From an uncultured virus (IMG/VR IMGVR_UViG_2061766007_000514) (lineage: Duplodnaviria; Heunggongvirae; Uroviricota; Caudoviricetes), in IMG/VR virus record IMGVR_UViG_2061766007_000514: a stretch of DNA of 64,000 bases. The stretch is one strand, 5' to 3'. A program made the translations under genes and the position numbers. The notes beneath the pieces are model-generated. The model saw only the letters and a list, made by a program, of their open reading frames with translations. It searched no databases and was not told the DNA's origin. Shown here piece after piece: positions 21,101 through 30,331 of this stretch. Every line of letters begins with the position of its first letter. The first letter of the stretch is position 1.

Positions 21101-22351
21101 TCCGTCATCTAAGGTAGGACGCTCATCGAACTCTTCAAAGTAATTTCTCATCTCTTCTTTGAAATTCTTGTAAGACAAAGGATAAGATACACGAGCTTCT
21201 TCAGCGTACTGCTTATACATTTCCCACGCAGCTTTTAAAGTCGTGCCATCTTGCCTTGCAAATATCAAATAAGAGTCCAGCATATAGTTATAGAAGTCAT
21301 TCGTAGCACCCATCATAGCGAGAGGTGTATAGTTGTCATACAGTCCAGGATCTTCGAGATACACGTTTTTGCAATGATATGCGATACCGCTCAACTCAAA
21401 GTCAATCTGCTTAACAACTCTGTCATACTCGGATTTTGGAAGCTTATTCCCAGACGGCTCCACATCAATAAGTCGCCGTAAGAGACCTGACTTGGCATCT
21501 GTAATCTTAACTGGCTTATTAGTGCCGATAAATAAGAATGAGTTAAATCGGTTGCTATATGCTGATTTGAATTTCTCATTAACCATCATTACTTCGTGGG
21601 AAACGAGAGAATTCAATCTAGCATTGTCTTCGATCCGTGAAAGATCTCCATCCTGTTGGACTGCTACCAATGGATTAGACCGAAATGCTTCTAAGGCAAA
21701 ACTATTTGACGATGAACCAAGTGCCTTAGCGTCAAAAGTTCCAGTATATCCATCAAATAGTTTGAGGATAATATTTAGAACTGTTGATTTACCTGATTTC
21801 GGAGGACCATACAAAACTAAGAATTTCTGAATCTTTTTCGAATCTCCGCATACAACTGATCCAATAGCCCATTCTATCTTCTGACGTTCTTCAGGAGAAT
21901 ATAATACGCTCATGAGATGATCATAAGCATCAATGTTTCCTTCCTCCAAAGGATAACTTAACCGTTTACTGCTATAATCTTTTTTGGAAGGCTTATGGTT
22001 TGAAAATATCAATTTTTCATCAAGCATATGATAGCTGTCGCGCATCTGTTTTTGACAGTACTTATGCCAGCTATCTATCATGCCAGATTCTGCGTCCCAC
22101 ATATGCAAAACTTTTACAGGGTCATCAAACGTGTCTTTATGCTCTGCTGCATAACTGTCCAGTTCTTTATCAATCATCGCCAGAGCATCTTGTTCACAGG
22201 TCGACCAAAGACCTCGTTCTTCAACCCAGACGGCATAAAAGTCTCCGCCACGTATCATTAAATCTTGTGAAGGATTACGAATGATAAATTTTGGATAGAT
22301 TTCTATAATGCCTCGTTTTTTCCTTGGGACCACCATGAAAAAGTCGACCAT
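18191..22351 (-). CDS. fused SF3 helicase - AEP primase - 3'-5' exonuclease - family B DNA polymerase
   Basis: Walker A GPPKSGKS; primase SKSGQGIHLHY (open frame 20564-20810); exonuclease FDIE; PolB LLDVGNMH, KLVLNSTYG, KTDS; breaks coincide with N gaps. Confidence 0.8.
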
Positions 22352-22378
22352 TTTGAACGTTGCTCTCCTTTCTCACGG

Positions 22379-22910
22379 TTAAATATCCGGTTGTTCACTG
22401 ATCCACCACATTGCTTGATCCCAGATCTCCACCTGCCTCATATCACCATATGGATGTTTTAAGTGAAATAAACTTCCTAAACCATCAGGAGCATAATCTC
22501 GATTTAGGAAACGTTCAACAGCTTGATCAACATAACGCTCATTAAACACAAAGTCATTTTGAGCAATCTGTAAGGAATAGATCATATCCTGGAACCACTC
22601 GTAAGTACGATCACCAATTTCAAAGTTACGCATGAAATTTTCTTCACAACGTATGGCTAAGGCGATCATCATTTCGAGCATTGAGCAAGGCTTATCATCT
22701 AATTCACATGCTACTTCTGCCGGTGCTACACCCATCGAATATGCAAAACGATATCGCAGTTCTATTCCATCTGCTTCACGATTTGCATCCCTAGGATGAG
22801 TATAGCGATACGGCTTNNNNNNNNNNNNNNNNNNNNNGATAATGTATGGAGTCCTTACTTAACGCAATGCAGCAGATCCATTGAAAATATCTTTCTTGGA
22901 GATTTTCCAT
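22379..22910 (-). CDS. hypothetical phage protein
   Basis: PCSMLEMMIALA, VEIWDQ; frame extends upstream across N gap to ATG at 22910. Confidence 0.55.
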
Positions 22911-22927
22911 AGGATCCCCTCAGTTCT

Positions 22928-23503
22928 TTAAATAATATCTGTGTAATTGTTTTCATCTCGTGTAATCTCGTAGATGCAAGACTTTTTATCATTACATACA
23001 TGAACTACGTCTTCCTCATAGTCTCCAAAATGCCCTAAGCATTCAGTCCCAACAGATTCTTTGATTTCGACATCTGTCAAAATATCATTTTCATCATCTG
23101 TCAGTGCGCCGTCTGCATAGTAGTTCAAACGAATGACATGATAATCTCCTGATTCTTCCATCTCATTGAAATCGTCAGGAGAAATTACGTACGGTTTTTC
23201 CGTACCTTTAATATTATTAGGAGGAGTAGCTCTTTCGGTAATGATTTTTTGAGCTATGTCTTTGAAGTCAGGATAGGCTACTTGAATATTAAATTCAGAA
23301 TGCTCTGGCTTTTCCGGAACAATGCCAAACTTCTTTTCGTACATCTCCCTGACAGAGGCTACTTCTTCCTCAATACGAGACGAATATTTCTTAATTTGTT
23401 TATCATACTTCCGCTTGAGCAGATACCAAGTTACTCCAGAACCAATACCCGCTCCAAATATAAGTCCAAACAGAGGTTTCCCTTTCATGTAAACTCCTTT
23501 CAA
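22928..23503 (-). CDS. membrane-anchored hypothetical protein
   Basis: N-terminal TM helix; PYVISPDDF, YYADG motifs. Confidence 0.65.
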   Translation of the reverse strand: MKGVYMKGKPLFGLIFGAGIGSGVTWYLLKRKYDKQIKKYSSRIEEEVASVREMYEKKFGIVPEKPEHSEFNIQVAYPDFKDIAQKIITERATPPNNIKGTEKPYVISPDDFNEMEESGDYHVIRLNYYADGALTDDENDILTDVEIKESVGTECLGHFGDYEEDVVHVCNDKKSCIYEITRDENNYTDII

Positions 23504-24429
23504 ATATGACGTAAGCAGCTTAGAATGGGACCGTCTACGTTAAAGTCGAGCCATACAGCAGGCTCATAACCATATCTGAAGTCATCGTTGCACTGTCTAG
23601 TTGCATCGAACAAACCAAAGTCGATACGTCCATCACCATCACCGTCCTTAGTCCATCCCACAACCTGTCCTGCTTCTGTTAAATCGAAGCCAAGTTTTTC
23701 ATACACTTCATTTAAGAAAACGAATCCTCGTGCATCCAGAATCTTCTGATAGGTTTCCTGAACACCATTAATAAATACCTGATTGTTATAGCAATTACTC
23801 TTGTAGTTAGGATTCGTCTCATCAAAGCAGCGAGCATAATCGGACAGTTCGCAAGGAATATCCTTCATCATATTAACGGACTTCTTAACTTTCTTGACTT
23901 TTCCGTTTTCGTCCGTTTCTTCTTCTGTTATCTGTTCAACTTTTGTGTTAAATCGGAGCTCCTTATCAACTTGTTCTCCAAAACGTTCAATGACATTTTT
24001 TCTATACTTCTTGAATGCTCCATCAACTGCACTATATGCTGCTGCAAGTGCCGCATTACGCTTTCGTAATATCTGATTACTTGCCAGCATGCACCCAAGC
24101 GATGCAAAGCCAAGAATCACAGATGGAGCGTACAATTTAATAATTTTCCAAGTAGTCTTGGCATATGTAACAGTCAAATCATGCTGAGCATCCTTATGTG
24201 TATACTCAGGAATCATCGCATTATTGTCGGCTTCATGGATCTTTTCCACTTCTGCCTTATGATCTTCGATAATAGTATCAATTTTCCTTGTGGCGCAGCA
24301 TGCTCCGACAGCAGCAGCAATAACGCCAACCGCTCCTCCAATAACGAGCAGTTCAGGACTAGCCTTTCTAAGGCTAAATGCAGTTTTCTGCAGTCCATTC
24401 GAGATCTTCTGTAAGAATTGAGTTTTCAT
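23500..24429 (-). CDS. DUF6353-like membrane protein, paralog 1
   Basis: SPELL TM, RRNAALAAAY-type helix, FVFLNEVY..LG..GQVVGW. Confidence 0.65.
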   Translation of the reverse strand: MKTQFLQKISNGLQKTAFSLRKASPELLVIGGAVGVIAAAVGACCATRKIDTIIEDHKAEVEKIHEADNNAMIPEYTHKDAQHDLTVTYAKTTWKIIKLYAPSVILGFASLGCMLASNQILRKRNAALAAAYSAVDGAFKKYRKNVIERFGEQVDKELRFNTKVEQITEEETDENGKVKKVKKSVNMMKDIPCELSDYARCFDETNPNYKSNCYNNQVFINGVQETYQKILDARGFVFLNEVYEKLGFDLTEAGQVVGWTKDGDGDGRIDFGLFDATRQCNDDFRYGYEPAVWLDFNVDGPILSCLRHI

Positions 24430-24440
24430 GTGCTCTCCTT

Positions 24441-25037
24441 TCATCTTAAGTCAATAGGAATAGGTCTGGGGAGTTTAATCATCCACCCATCGCCAACAGG
24501 ATAAATATCCATAGGTCCAAGATCAATCCAACCATATCGATTACCTGTGTAAGGGCCTTGACGATGTGCAAGTTCAAAGAAGTCTGCTACCGTAACCCTA
24601 CGTCTGTCACGCAAGATTTCAATCATCGTTAAGCGAACTTCTTCGGCTTTTCCATAATTTAAGAAGATGACATCATCAATGTCCAAATAGTCATAGTTGT
24701 AATTTGAAGGTTTAGATTGATTGGTCGAACCATAGTAATCCTTGTACGAGATTGTGGTCTGATTACCATTTTTAGGAATTATAGATGTTCCTTTTTCACT
24801 CAAGAGCATCTCAAGACTGTTAAGAAATATCCTTTTAATTCCCGGAATGATCAACTGTTTTACAACATATGTTTTGACAGAATTTAAGTCTTCTGCAATA
24901 AATGCATCACGAAACTTGTGAAAAATCGTTTTCTTTCGTATTTTGGTATCGTTTTCTCCTACAATTGGGACAATTGCTTTCTCTTCCGTCTTTTTTTCTT
25001 CTTTTGATTTGTAAGAATTAGAGGGATAGTCTGTCAT
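24441..25037 (-). CDS. hypothetical protein sharing the DUF6353-like C-terminal motif
   Basis: VTVADFF...RYGW. Confidence 0.6.
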   Translation of the reverse strand: MTDYPSNSYKSKEEKKTEEKAIVPIVGENDTKIRKKTIFHKFRDAFIAEDLNSVKTYVVKQLIIPGIKRIFLNSLEMLLSEKGTSIIPKNGNQTTISYKDYYGSTNQSKPSNYNYDYLDIDDVIFLNYGKAEEVRLTMIEILRDRRRVTVADFFELAHRQGPYTGNRYGWIDLGPMDIYPVGDGWMIKLPRPIPIDLR

Positions 25038-25640
25038 GTGGTTCTCCTTTCAAGAAATGAGCTTGATTTTGCCTGGGAGGGTGATTCGTGACTGTGCAGC
25101 TCGACCGTTTTCTTTTTTCCATCGATAAGTGAGGTTACTACGCGCCTTAGCTTCTGAAGGCGCTGTAGTTTCTGCTTTCCAAATATGCTGAACACATCGT
25201 TCAAACTCCATTACAGGACCTTCATAAATATAAAGGTTCATAGTTTCCTCCTTATTCAATTAAAAAAAAAGGAAAAGTCCTTGTAAGGACCTTTCCCTTT
25301 GAGAATCACTTCTCGTCCGAATCCTTTTCCGGATTCTGCTCACGCAGGTCGATGATGACCACCTGCTTNNNNNNNNNNTTCCGGTCTTTCTTCGGTTCCT
25401 GCTCCGTGGCGGTATCGCCGGCGTCGGACCTCGCTGCCTTCTTAGCCTTGATCTTCTTGATCACCTTCACGGTGCCAAAGACCAGGCCGCCAAGGACAGC
25501 GGCGCCAACGGCTGCTACACCAGCATTGAAGCTGTTGCCGGAAGAAACGCCTTCCNNNNNNNNNNNNNNNNTCAGTGTCGTTCATGACCTCGATATTGTT
25601 TTCGTCCATGATAAATTCTCCTTTCAAGAATGTATTTTCT

Positions 25641-25665
25641 CATAATATTCCTTGTAATTTTCGCG
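25641..25665 (-). promoter_or_regulatory. 25-bp phage promoter-like motif, copy 7
   Basis: CGCGAAAATTACAAGGAATATTATG. Confidence 0.75.
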
Positions 25666-25667
25666 TG

Positions 25668-26426
25668 TTAATATTTGCGAACAAGACCAGGATCTCGGGA
25701 GAATCCAAGAACNNNNNNNNNNNNNNNNNNNNTCGAGGAGAAGCATGGTCTGACAGGTCCATCGATTGCATTCCAACCAAGTACTTCACCAGTTTTTGTT
25801 CGATCAAGATTAATCATGTCATAGAATTCGTTTAAACTGATAAATTCTTCATCTCTGAGTTGATATGATAGATCTTCGATCGCGTGTTTCAGGTCATCGA
25901 TATCATATGGGAAGTCACGACCGCTCCATGGGTCATAACATACTTCCTGCGTACCTTTCAGTATGTATGTTTTCCCTTCCTGAATATCATGTTTCTCGAT
26001 TGCCTTTTCATTCGCTTTTTCCTGAAGAGTTACCTCCTTTTTCTCTCCAAGAAGTTCCTTCGCAGCTGTCTTATAATCTTGTAATGCTGTCTCCGTAACA
26101 CTGCACACTGCGGCTAAAGCTGCATTTCTACGATGGAGTTCACTTGTTGCAAATATAATGCAACCAGCAGATGTAGCAAATGAAATAGCACATGGAACGT
26201 AATACTTCCACGAATAATGAAGTTTTTCCTTAGCTGTAAGCTCTTGATATGGTACAACTTCATTTTCTTTAGGAACCGTGATCTTACTAACTTTGCTAGT
26301 TGCCTTGACAGCAAATATAATGGAAACGCCCATGCCAGCAATACCCATGCCGGTTAATATCTCTGGTGATTTACGTTCGAGAAAGCCGCTGATAGTCTTT
26401 CCGACTAATTTCCAATCGATTTTCAT
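25668..26426 (-). CDS. DUF6353-like membrane protein, paralog 2
   Basis: SPEILTGMG TM, RRNAALAA, ISLNEFY...GEVLGW; start MKIDWK. Confidence 0.65.
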   Translation of the reverse strand: MKIDWKLVGKTISGFLERKSPEILTGMGIAGMGVSIIFAVKATSKVSKITVPKENEVVPYQELTAKEKLHYSWKYYVPCAISFATSAGCIIFATSELHRRNAALAAVCSVTETALQDYKTAAKELLGEKKEVTLQEKANEKAIEKHDIQEGKTYILKGTQEVCYDPWSGRDFPYDIDDLKHAIEDLSYQLRDEEFISLNEFYDMINLDRTKTGEVLGWNAIDGPVRPCFSSXXXXXXXVLGFSRDPGLVRKY

Positions 26427-26466
26427 ATACTCTCCTTTCAAGATAAAAATAAGAGGGGGAGCCCAA

Positions 26467-26631
26467 TCAGGACTCCTCCTCCGTTGACTCTGCAGGCGGA
26501 TTGAGATGCCGTTGAACGGCTTCGTCAACCTCCTGTTCCATCTGCTTGCTGGCTACGATCCCACCGAAAATGCCGGCGAGTCCACCAACAGCAGAGAGAA
26601 TTACTCCTATTAACTGCCATTTTGACTTCAT
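26467..26631 (-). CDS. 54-aa membrane peptide (cassette gene, not in ORF track)
   Basis: MKSKWQLIGVILSAVGGLAGIFGGIVASKQMEQEV...; SD AAGGAGG; between motif copy 8 and a hairpin/U-tract. Confidence 0.65.
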   Translation of the reverse strand: MKSKWQLIGVILSAVGGLAGIFGGIVASKQMEQEVDEAVQRHLNPPAESTEEES

Positions 26632-26652
26632 ACTCAAACCTCCTTATTTAGT

Positions 26653-26677
26653 CATAATACGAGTTGCAAATCTTGCG
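26653..26677 (-). promoter_or_regulatory. 25-bp phage promoter-like motif, copy 8
   Basis: CGCAAGATTTGCAACTCGTATTATG. Confidence 0.7.
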
Positions 26678-27535
26678 TCACCGAACATCATAGGCATAGC
26701 ATTGATTTTCATCAATATAAAGCTCGATGTCTGGACGTTTCTCAAGAATATAATCCCATTCGGGAGAAATCGGAGTCTGAATAATATAATACGGAGGCGT
26801 GTCTATGTCTGACGATTCAACAAAACTATGATAGAATTCGATCCAGTTCTGATCAGGATCCCAATTTTCAGCAAAATCTTGGTAATCCCAGCCAACGTTT
26901 TCTGCACCAGTGTCAATGATTAACGAATCATTATTGGTTTCGTCTCGAAGAATCTGAATATAATCAGCTAGAGAACAACAACCATAATGAGCAAGCCGGC
27001 GATTTGCCTCATACTCGGACTTAATTACATCTGCTTCTGTAGCCCAAAAATATTGCTGTGTATTAGGTTCGAACCATAGAAACATTTCAGTCATACTAGC
27101 TTTCTTATGCTGCATGACTTCTTCAAGATTAAAATTATCTTTTGCAATCGACTTTTCTACTTCGTCATTTGCCTCTTTGCCAAATAACTCCACTACTTTT
27201 TGCTTGTACGTTTTAAAATTGTGTTGAAGCAAGGTGCATGTAGCAGCGAGCGACAAATTCTGACGATGATTAAGAATCTGAGAGCTAACAATTGCAAAAA
27301 TGGTGACGGCACCGGCTCCAATGGCAGGCAAATATGCCGGCGTTGCAGCAATCACTTTCTCTAAGGGTTTCAAAGGCTCTGTGCTAGTCTCTTGTTTCTT
27401 CTCTACCCTTTCCAGAGCCTTCGGAGTGCATTTTGCAGTCAGAACCGCCGTACCTACGACACCGGTAACACCAATTAATGTTAAAAGAAAGGGAGATGCT
27501 TTCTGCAGGCTTTTCCATGTTTGATTCCAGTTCAT
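26678..27535 (-). CDS. DUF6353-like membrane protein, paralog 3
   Basis: KASPFLLTLIG TM, CSLADY...NVGW. Confidence 0.65.
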   Translation of the reverse strand: MNWNQTWKSLQKASPFLLTLIGVTGVVGTAVLTAKCTPKALERVEKKQETSTEPLKPLEKVIAATPAYLPAIGAGAVTIFAIVSSQILNHRQNLSLAATCTLLQHNFKTYKQKVVELFGKEANDEVEKSIAKDNFNLEEVMQHKKASMTEMFLWFEPNTQQYFWATEADVIKSEYEANRRLAHYGCCSLADYIQILRDETNNDSLIIDTGAENVGWDYQDFAENWDPDQNWIEFYHSFVESSDIDTPPYYIIQTPISPEWDYILEKRPDIELYIDENQCYAYDVR

Positions 27536-27990
27536 TCGTCATCCTCCGTATGCATACTAAGAATGTTTTCAAATATCATTCGAACAAAATCCATACACAT
27601 CTGCAGAGATTCTGTACGACTGAAACCATTACGTACCAGTCCTTTTTTATACACACCTAATAGTTCTGTCACTGCCCCAATTCCATTGACAATCTGTTTA
27701 ATTGTTGTGTCGTCCATCTTACTCTCCTTTCAAAACATGTTTTTCTTGATAAGTGCCTCCAAATCAGATGTAGGAACACTAATAGCAGCATTAATATAAA
27801 TAACAGTATTAGATTCGCCTGACTCTAAGCTTAAGCTATGCAAATTCATTCTTGCTGTTTTGCANNNNNNNNNNNNNNNNNNNNNNNNNNNNNNNNNNNN
27901 NNNNNNNNNTCGGCCAAGCAACCCAGTCATTAATTTACTTTGTGCTTTCAACACATCCATACCTGCCTCCAAAAATATAAATAAAAAAAA

Positions 27991-28080
27991 AGAAAAGGAC
28001 CGGATTTGAACNNNNNNNNNNCCCAATCCGTAGATCGAGCTTTGTTATCAAGTGGCTCTAACCATTAAGCTACCTTTTCC
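27991..28080 (-). ncRNA. tRNA-like RNA lacking a canonical anticodon arm
   Basis: Acceptor GAAAAGG/CCTTTTC, D-arm GCTTAATGGTTAGAGC, T-loop GTTCAAATC; central region has a C(UACG)G hairpin; no CCA. Confidence 0.6.
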
Positions 28081-28104
28081 ATTTAAGGCCCTGTAAAACT
28101 TGCG
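28080..28104 (-). promoter_or_regulatory. 25-bp phage promoter-like motif, copy 9 (abuts the tRNA-like RNA)
   Basis: CGCAAGTTTTACAGGGCCTTAAATG. Confidence 0.7.
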
Positions 28105-28526
28105 AAAAAAAGGAGAACCTGTTAAGGCTCCCCTTATTTGAGTCATCTTCCTTTGAACCGGAAGATATTGCCCAGATTCCACTTGTTAGTTGTCGAGCAA
28201 ATATGCCCAGTCTCCTCGAACCTGAAGCCCTTCATACCGAAATATCCGTACAGAGCCGCCGGCACAACAATTGCCGCTGCGTCCAGAATCGCACGGATTT
28301 TGAACTTCTTCCTTTCGAGTTTCATCTCTTCGGCTTTTTCCTGCTGCTCTTCTTCATGAAGCGCAAGTTCATCGCCGTTCTTACGATCTTCGAATGCGAG
28401 TCGTTCCTCTTCCATGCGAGCCCTCTGNNNNNNNNNNNNNNNNNNNNNNNNNNNNNNNNNNNNNNNNNNNNNNNNNNNNNNNNNNNNNNNNNNCCATAAA
28501 TATCTCTCCTTTCATATTTATTGACT

Positions 28527-28551
28527 CATAGTAGCACTTGCAATTTTCGCT
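28527..28551 (-). promoter_or_regulatory. 25-bp phage promoter-like motif, copy 10 (variant)
   Basis: AGCGAAAATTGCAAGTGCTACTATG. Confidence 0.6.
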
Positions 28552-29030
28552 AATTTGTTTTGTCCACTATTTCTAGACGAATATCATGATAGTTCCGAAG
28601 CACTTCTGGATCTTCAATAGCTTGCAAAAATACGTAATATCCATTAGACGTGTCTAAGTCTTTAGCAATAAGCAATTTCCCTGCATACTTAGGAAAATAA
28701 AAACGACGGGTAAGTATCCCGCCGGCACATACTCCAATTCCAAAGCCTATAAGAATATAAATCCACCAAGGAATCATGAAATCACCTCCATAAAAANNNN
28801 NNNNNNNNNNNNNNNNNNNNNNNNNNNNNNACCGTAATAGTTCAGAATTTTCTGAGTACGCTCATCGTTGTCGAAGATGACCGCTTCGAGTTCCTGAGCA
28901 TGCTCATCGTAGTTCAGGATCGCGTTGTCATACACGATCATGTTTTCCTTGAGCCGCTTGAACTCCTCACGGTTCATTTTTTTACCTTTCAACGTAATCA
29001 TTATAATACCCTCCTTATAGGTTTGTTTTC

Positions 29031-29055
29031 CATATAAGGAGATGCAATTTTTGCG
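29031..29055 (-). promoter_or_regulatory. 25-bp phage promoter-like motif, copy 11
   Basis: CGCAAAAATTGCATCTCCTTATATG. Confidence 0.75.
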
Positions 29056-29386
29056 TTAGACATAGCTTAGTACTTCTAATGTTCCAGTTTCTACATCATT
29101 TGGATCAACATCAGTGTAAAACTCCAACATTTTCAAGCCAGCGTAACAATGACCAATAGCCAAGCCAAGTTGCTCTGTATTTTCATGCCCCTCATGAATC
29201 CATTCATGTAAATCATACTCTAAATCGGCTAAAAGTTTGACTGTTGCATTTAATGTTTTTTCTCCAAACTGTTCAGCAGCCTCCTTACATCTCTGTTCCA
29301 TTTCCATTTCTGTCATAGCGCTCTCGTCCTTTCTTATTGACTGCCTCCATAGTAGCATAGATTTTGGAAAATATAAAGGGGAATCG

Positions 29387-29563
29387 CTAAGACTCCCCTT
29401 TACGTTTCTGGATCAATTCCTGGACCTTTAACTTGGCCCTGTTATATGTCGTTTCCACCTTATCCCGCAAGGACGGAATTGACGCCACCGTAAATGTCGC
29501 GGCAGCGATGGTTCCAATCCACATACGAATTTCCCTGGACGTGTTAATCTGTTTCCAAGTCAT
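29387..29563 (-). CDS. 58-aa membrane peptide (cassette gene)
   Basis: MTWKQINTSREIRMWIGTIAAATFTVASIP...; SD AGGAGG. Confidence 0.65.
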   Translation of the reverse strand: MTWKQINTSREIRMWIGTIAAATFTVASIPSLRDKVETTYNRAKLKVQELIQKRKGES

Positions 29564-29590
29564 ACTGCAATCCTCCTTTTAAAATTAATC

Positions 29591-29615
29591 CATATAAGTA
29601 TTTGTATTTATTGCG
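29591..29615 (-). promoter_or_regulatory. 25-bp phage promoter-like motif, copy 12
   Basis: CGCAATAAATACAAATACTTATATG. Confidence 0.7.
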
Positions 29616-29652
29616 AAAAAAGAAGAGAGCCTGCTTTGACTCTCTCCTTTTA

Positions 29653-29739
29653 TTAGACTATGCCGAGGATTTTTCCTGCGACGAATCCCATAACAACAAT
29701 CACCATGAGAAACATCGCCATATTTTTAATCCAGCGCAT
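29653..29739 (-). CDS. 28-aa hydrophobic peptide (cassette gene)
   Basis: MRWIKNMAMFLMVIVVMGFVAGKILGIV; SD GGGAG; flanked by motif copy 13 and a terminator. Confidence 0.55.
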   Translation of the reverse strand: MRWIKNMAMFLMVIVVMGFVAGKILGIV

Positions 29740-29754
29740 AATTGTCACTCCCTT

Positions 29755-29779
29755 CATATTAGGAGATGTATTTTTTGCG
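29755..29779 (-). promoter_or_regulatory. 25-bp phage promoter-like motif, copy 13
   Basis: CGCAAAAAATACATCTCCTAATATG. Confidence 0.75.
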
Positions 29780-29800
29780 TGAAAAAAGGAAAAGGCCTTG

Positions 29801-29908
29801 TTAAGCCTCCTCCCTTGTGCAATCAGTTTCTACCTTGCCTTCCATATGGTTAGCTATATCTAAGCATGCCACCATGATAATGGCAAGGATTATTTTAAGA
29901 ATAATCAT
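29801..29908 (-). CDS. 35-aa hydrophobic peptide (cassette gene)
   Basis: MIILKIILAIIMVACLDIANHMEGKVETDCTREEA; SD AAAGGAG. Confidence 0.55.
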   Translation of the reverse strand: MIILKIILAIIMVACLDIANHMEGKVETDCTREEA

Positions 29909-29925
29909 TTGTCTGCACTCCTTTC

Positions 29926-29950
29926 CATATAAGGAGATGCAAAAATTGCG
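29926..29950 (-). promoter_or_regulatory. 25-bp phage promoter-like motif, copy 14
   Basis: CGCAATTTTTGCATCTCCTTATATG. Confidence 0.75.
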
Positions 29951-29989
29951 TGAAAAAGTAAGAGCCCTTGTAAGAGCTCCTACTTCGGA

Positions 29990-30292
29990 TCAAGCAGAGA
30001 ACATACTCATCAAATCGGGATATTTATCCCTGATCGAGTATTTGCCCATGTGAGAACACGCCTCGATGAATTTCGTCTCCTCAGTTTTCTCCTTCTGACG
30101 CTGTTCCTCAATCAATCGTTCCTGCTCACGTTTCGCTTCCGTGAGATTAGTTACGATGACCTTCGGGGCCCAGCGGCCATCCGGTTCCAGTTTGTTGACA
30201 ACCTTCATAAAGGTGGCGATCTCATCGTCAGTCAATTGTACCCAACCTTCGAGATTGTTATCTCCCGTAATAATAATTTGATATGTATCCAT
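29990..30292 (-). CDS. hypothetical protein (cassette gene; likely start MDTYQII)
   Basis: SD AGGAGG directly after motif copy 15. Confidence 0.55.
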   Translation of the reverse strand: MDTYQIIITGDNNLEGWVQLTDDEIATFMKVVNKLEPDGRWAPKVIVTNLTEAKREQERLIEEQRQKEKTEETKFIEACSHMGKYSIRDKYPDLMSMFSA

Positions 30293-30306
30293 ACTTTTCG
30301 CCTCCT

Positions 30307-30331
30307 CATGAAAGAAGCTGTTAATTTCGCG
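30307..30331 (-). promoter_or_regulatory. 25-bp phage promoter-like motif, copy 15
   Basis: CGCGAAATTAACAGCTTCTTTCATG. Confidence 0.65.

Noticed and set aside
29056..29358. MazG-like pyrophosphatase call
   Set aside because: The helical pattern is reminiscent, but the catalytic EExxE acidic residues are missing
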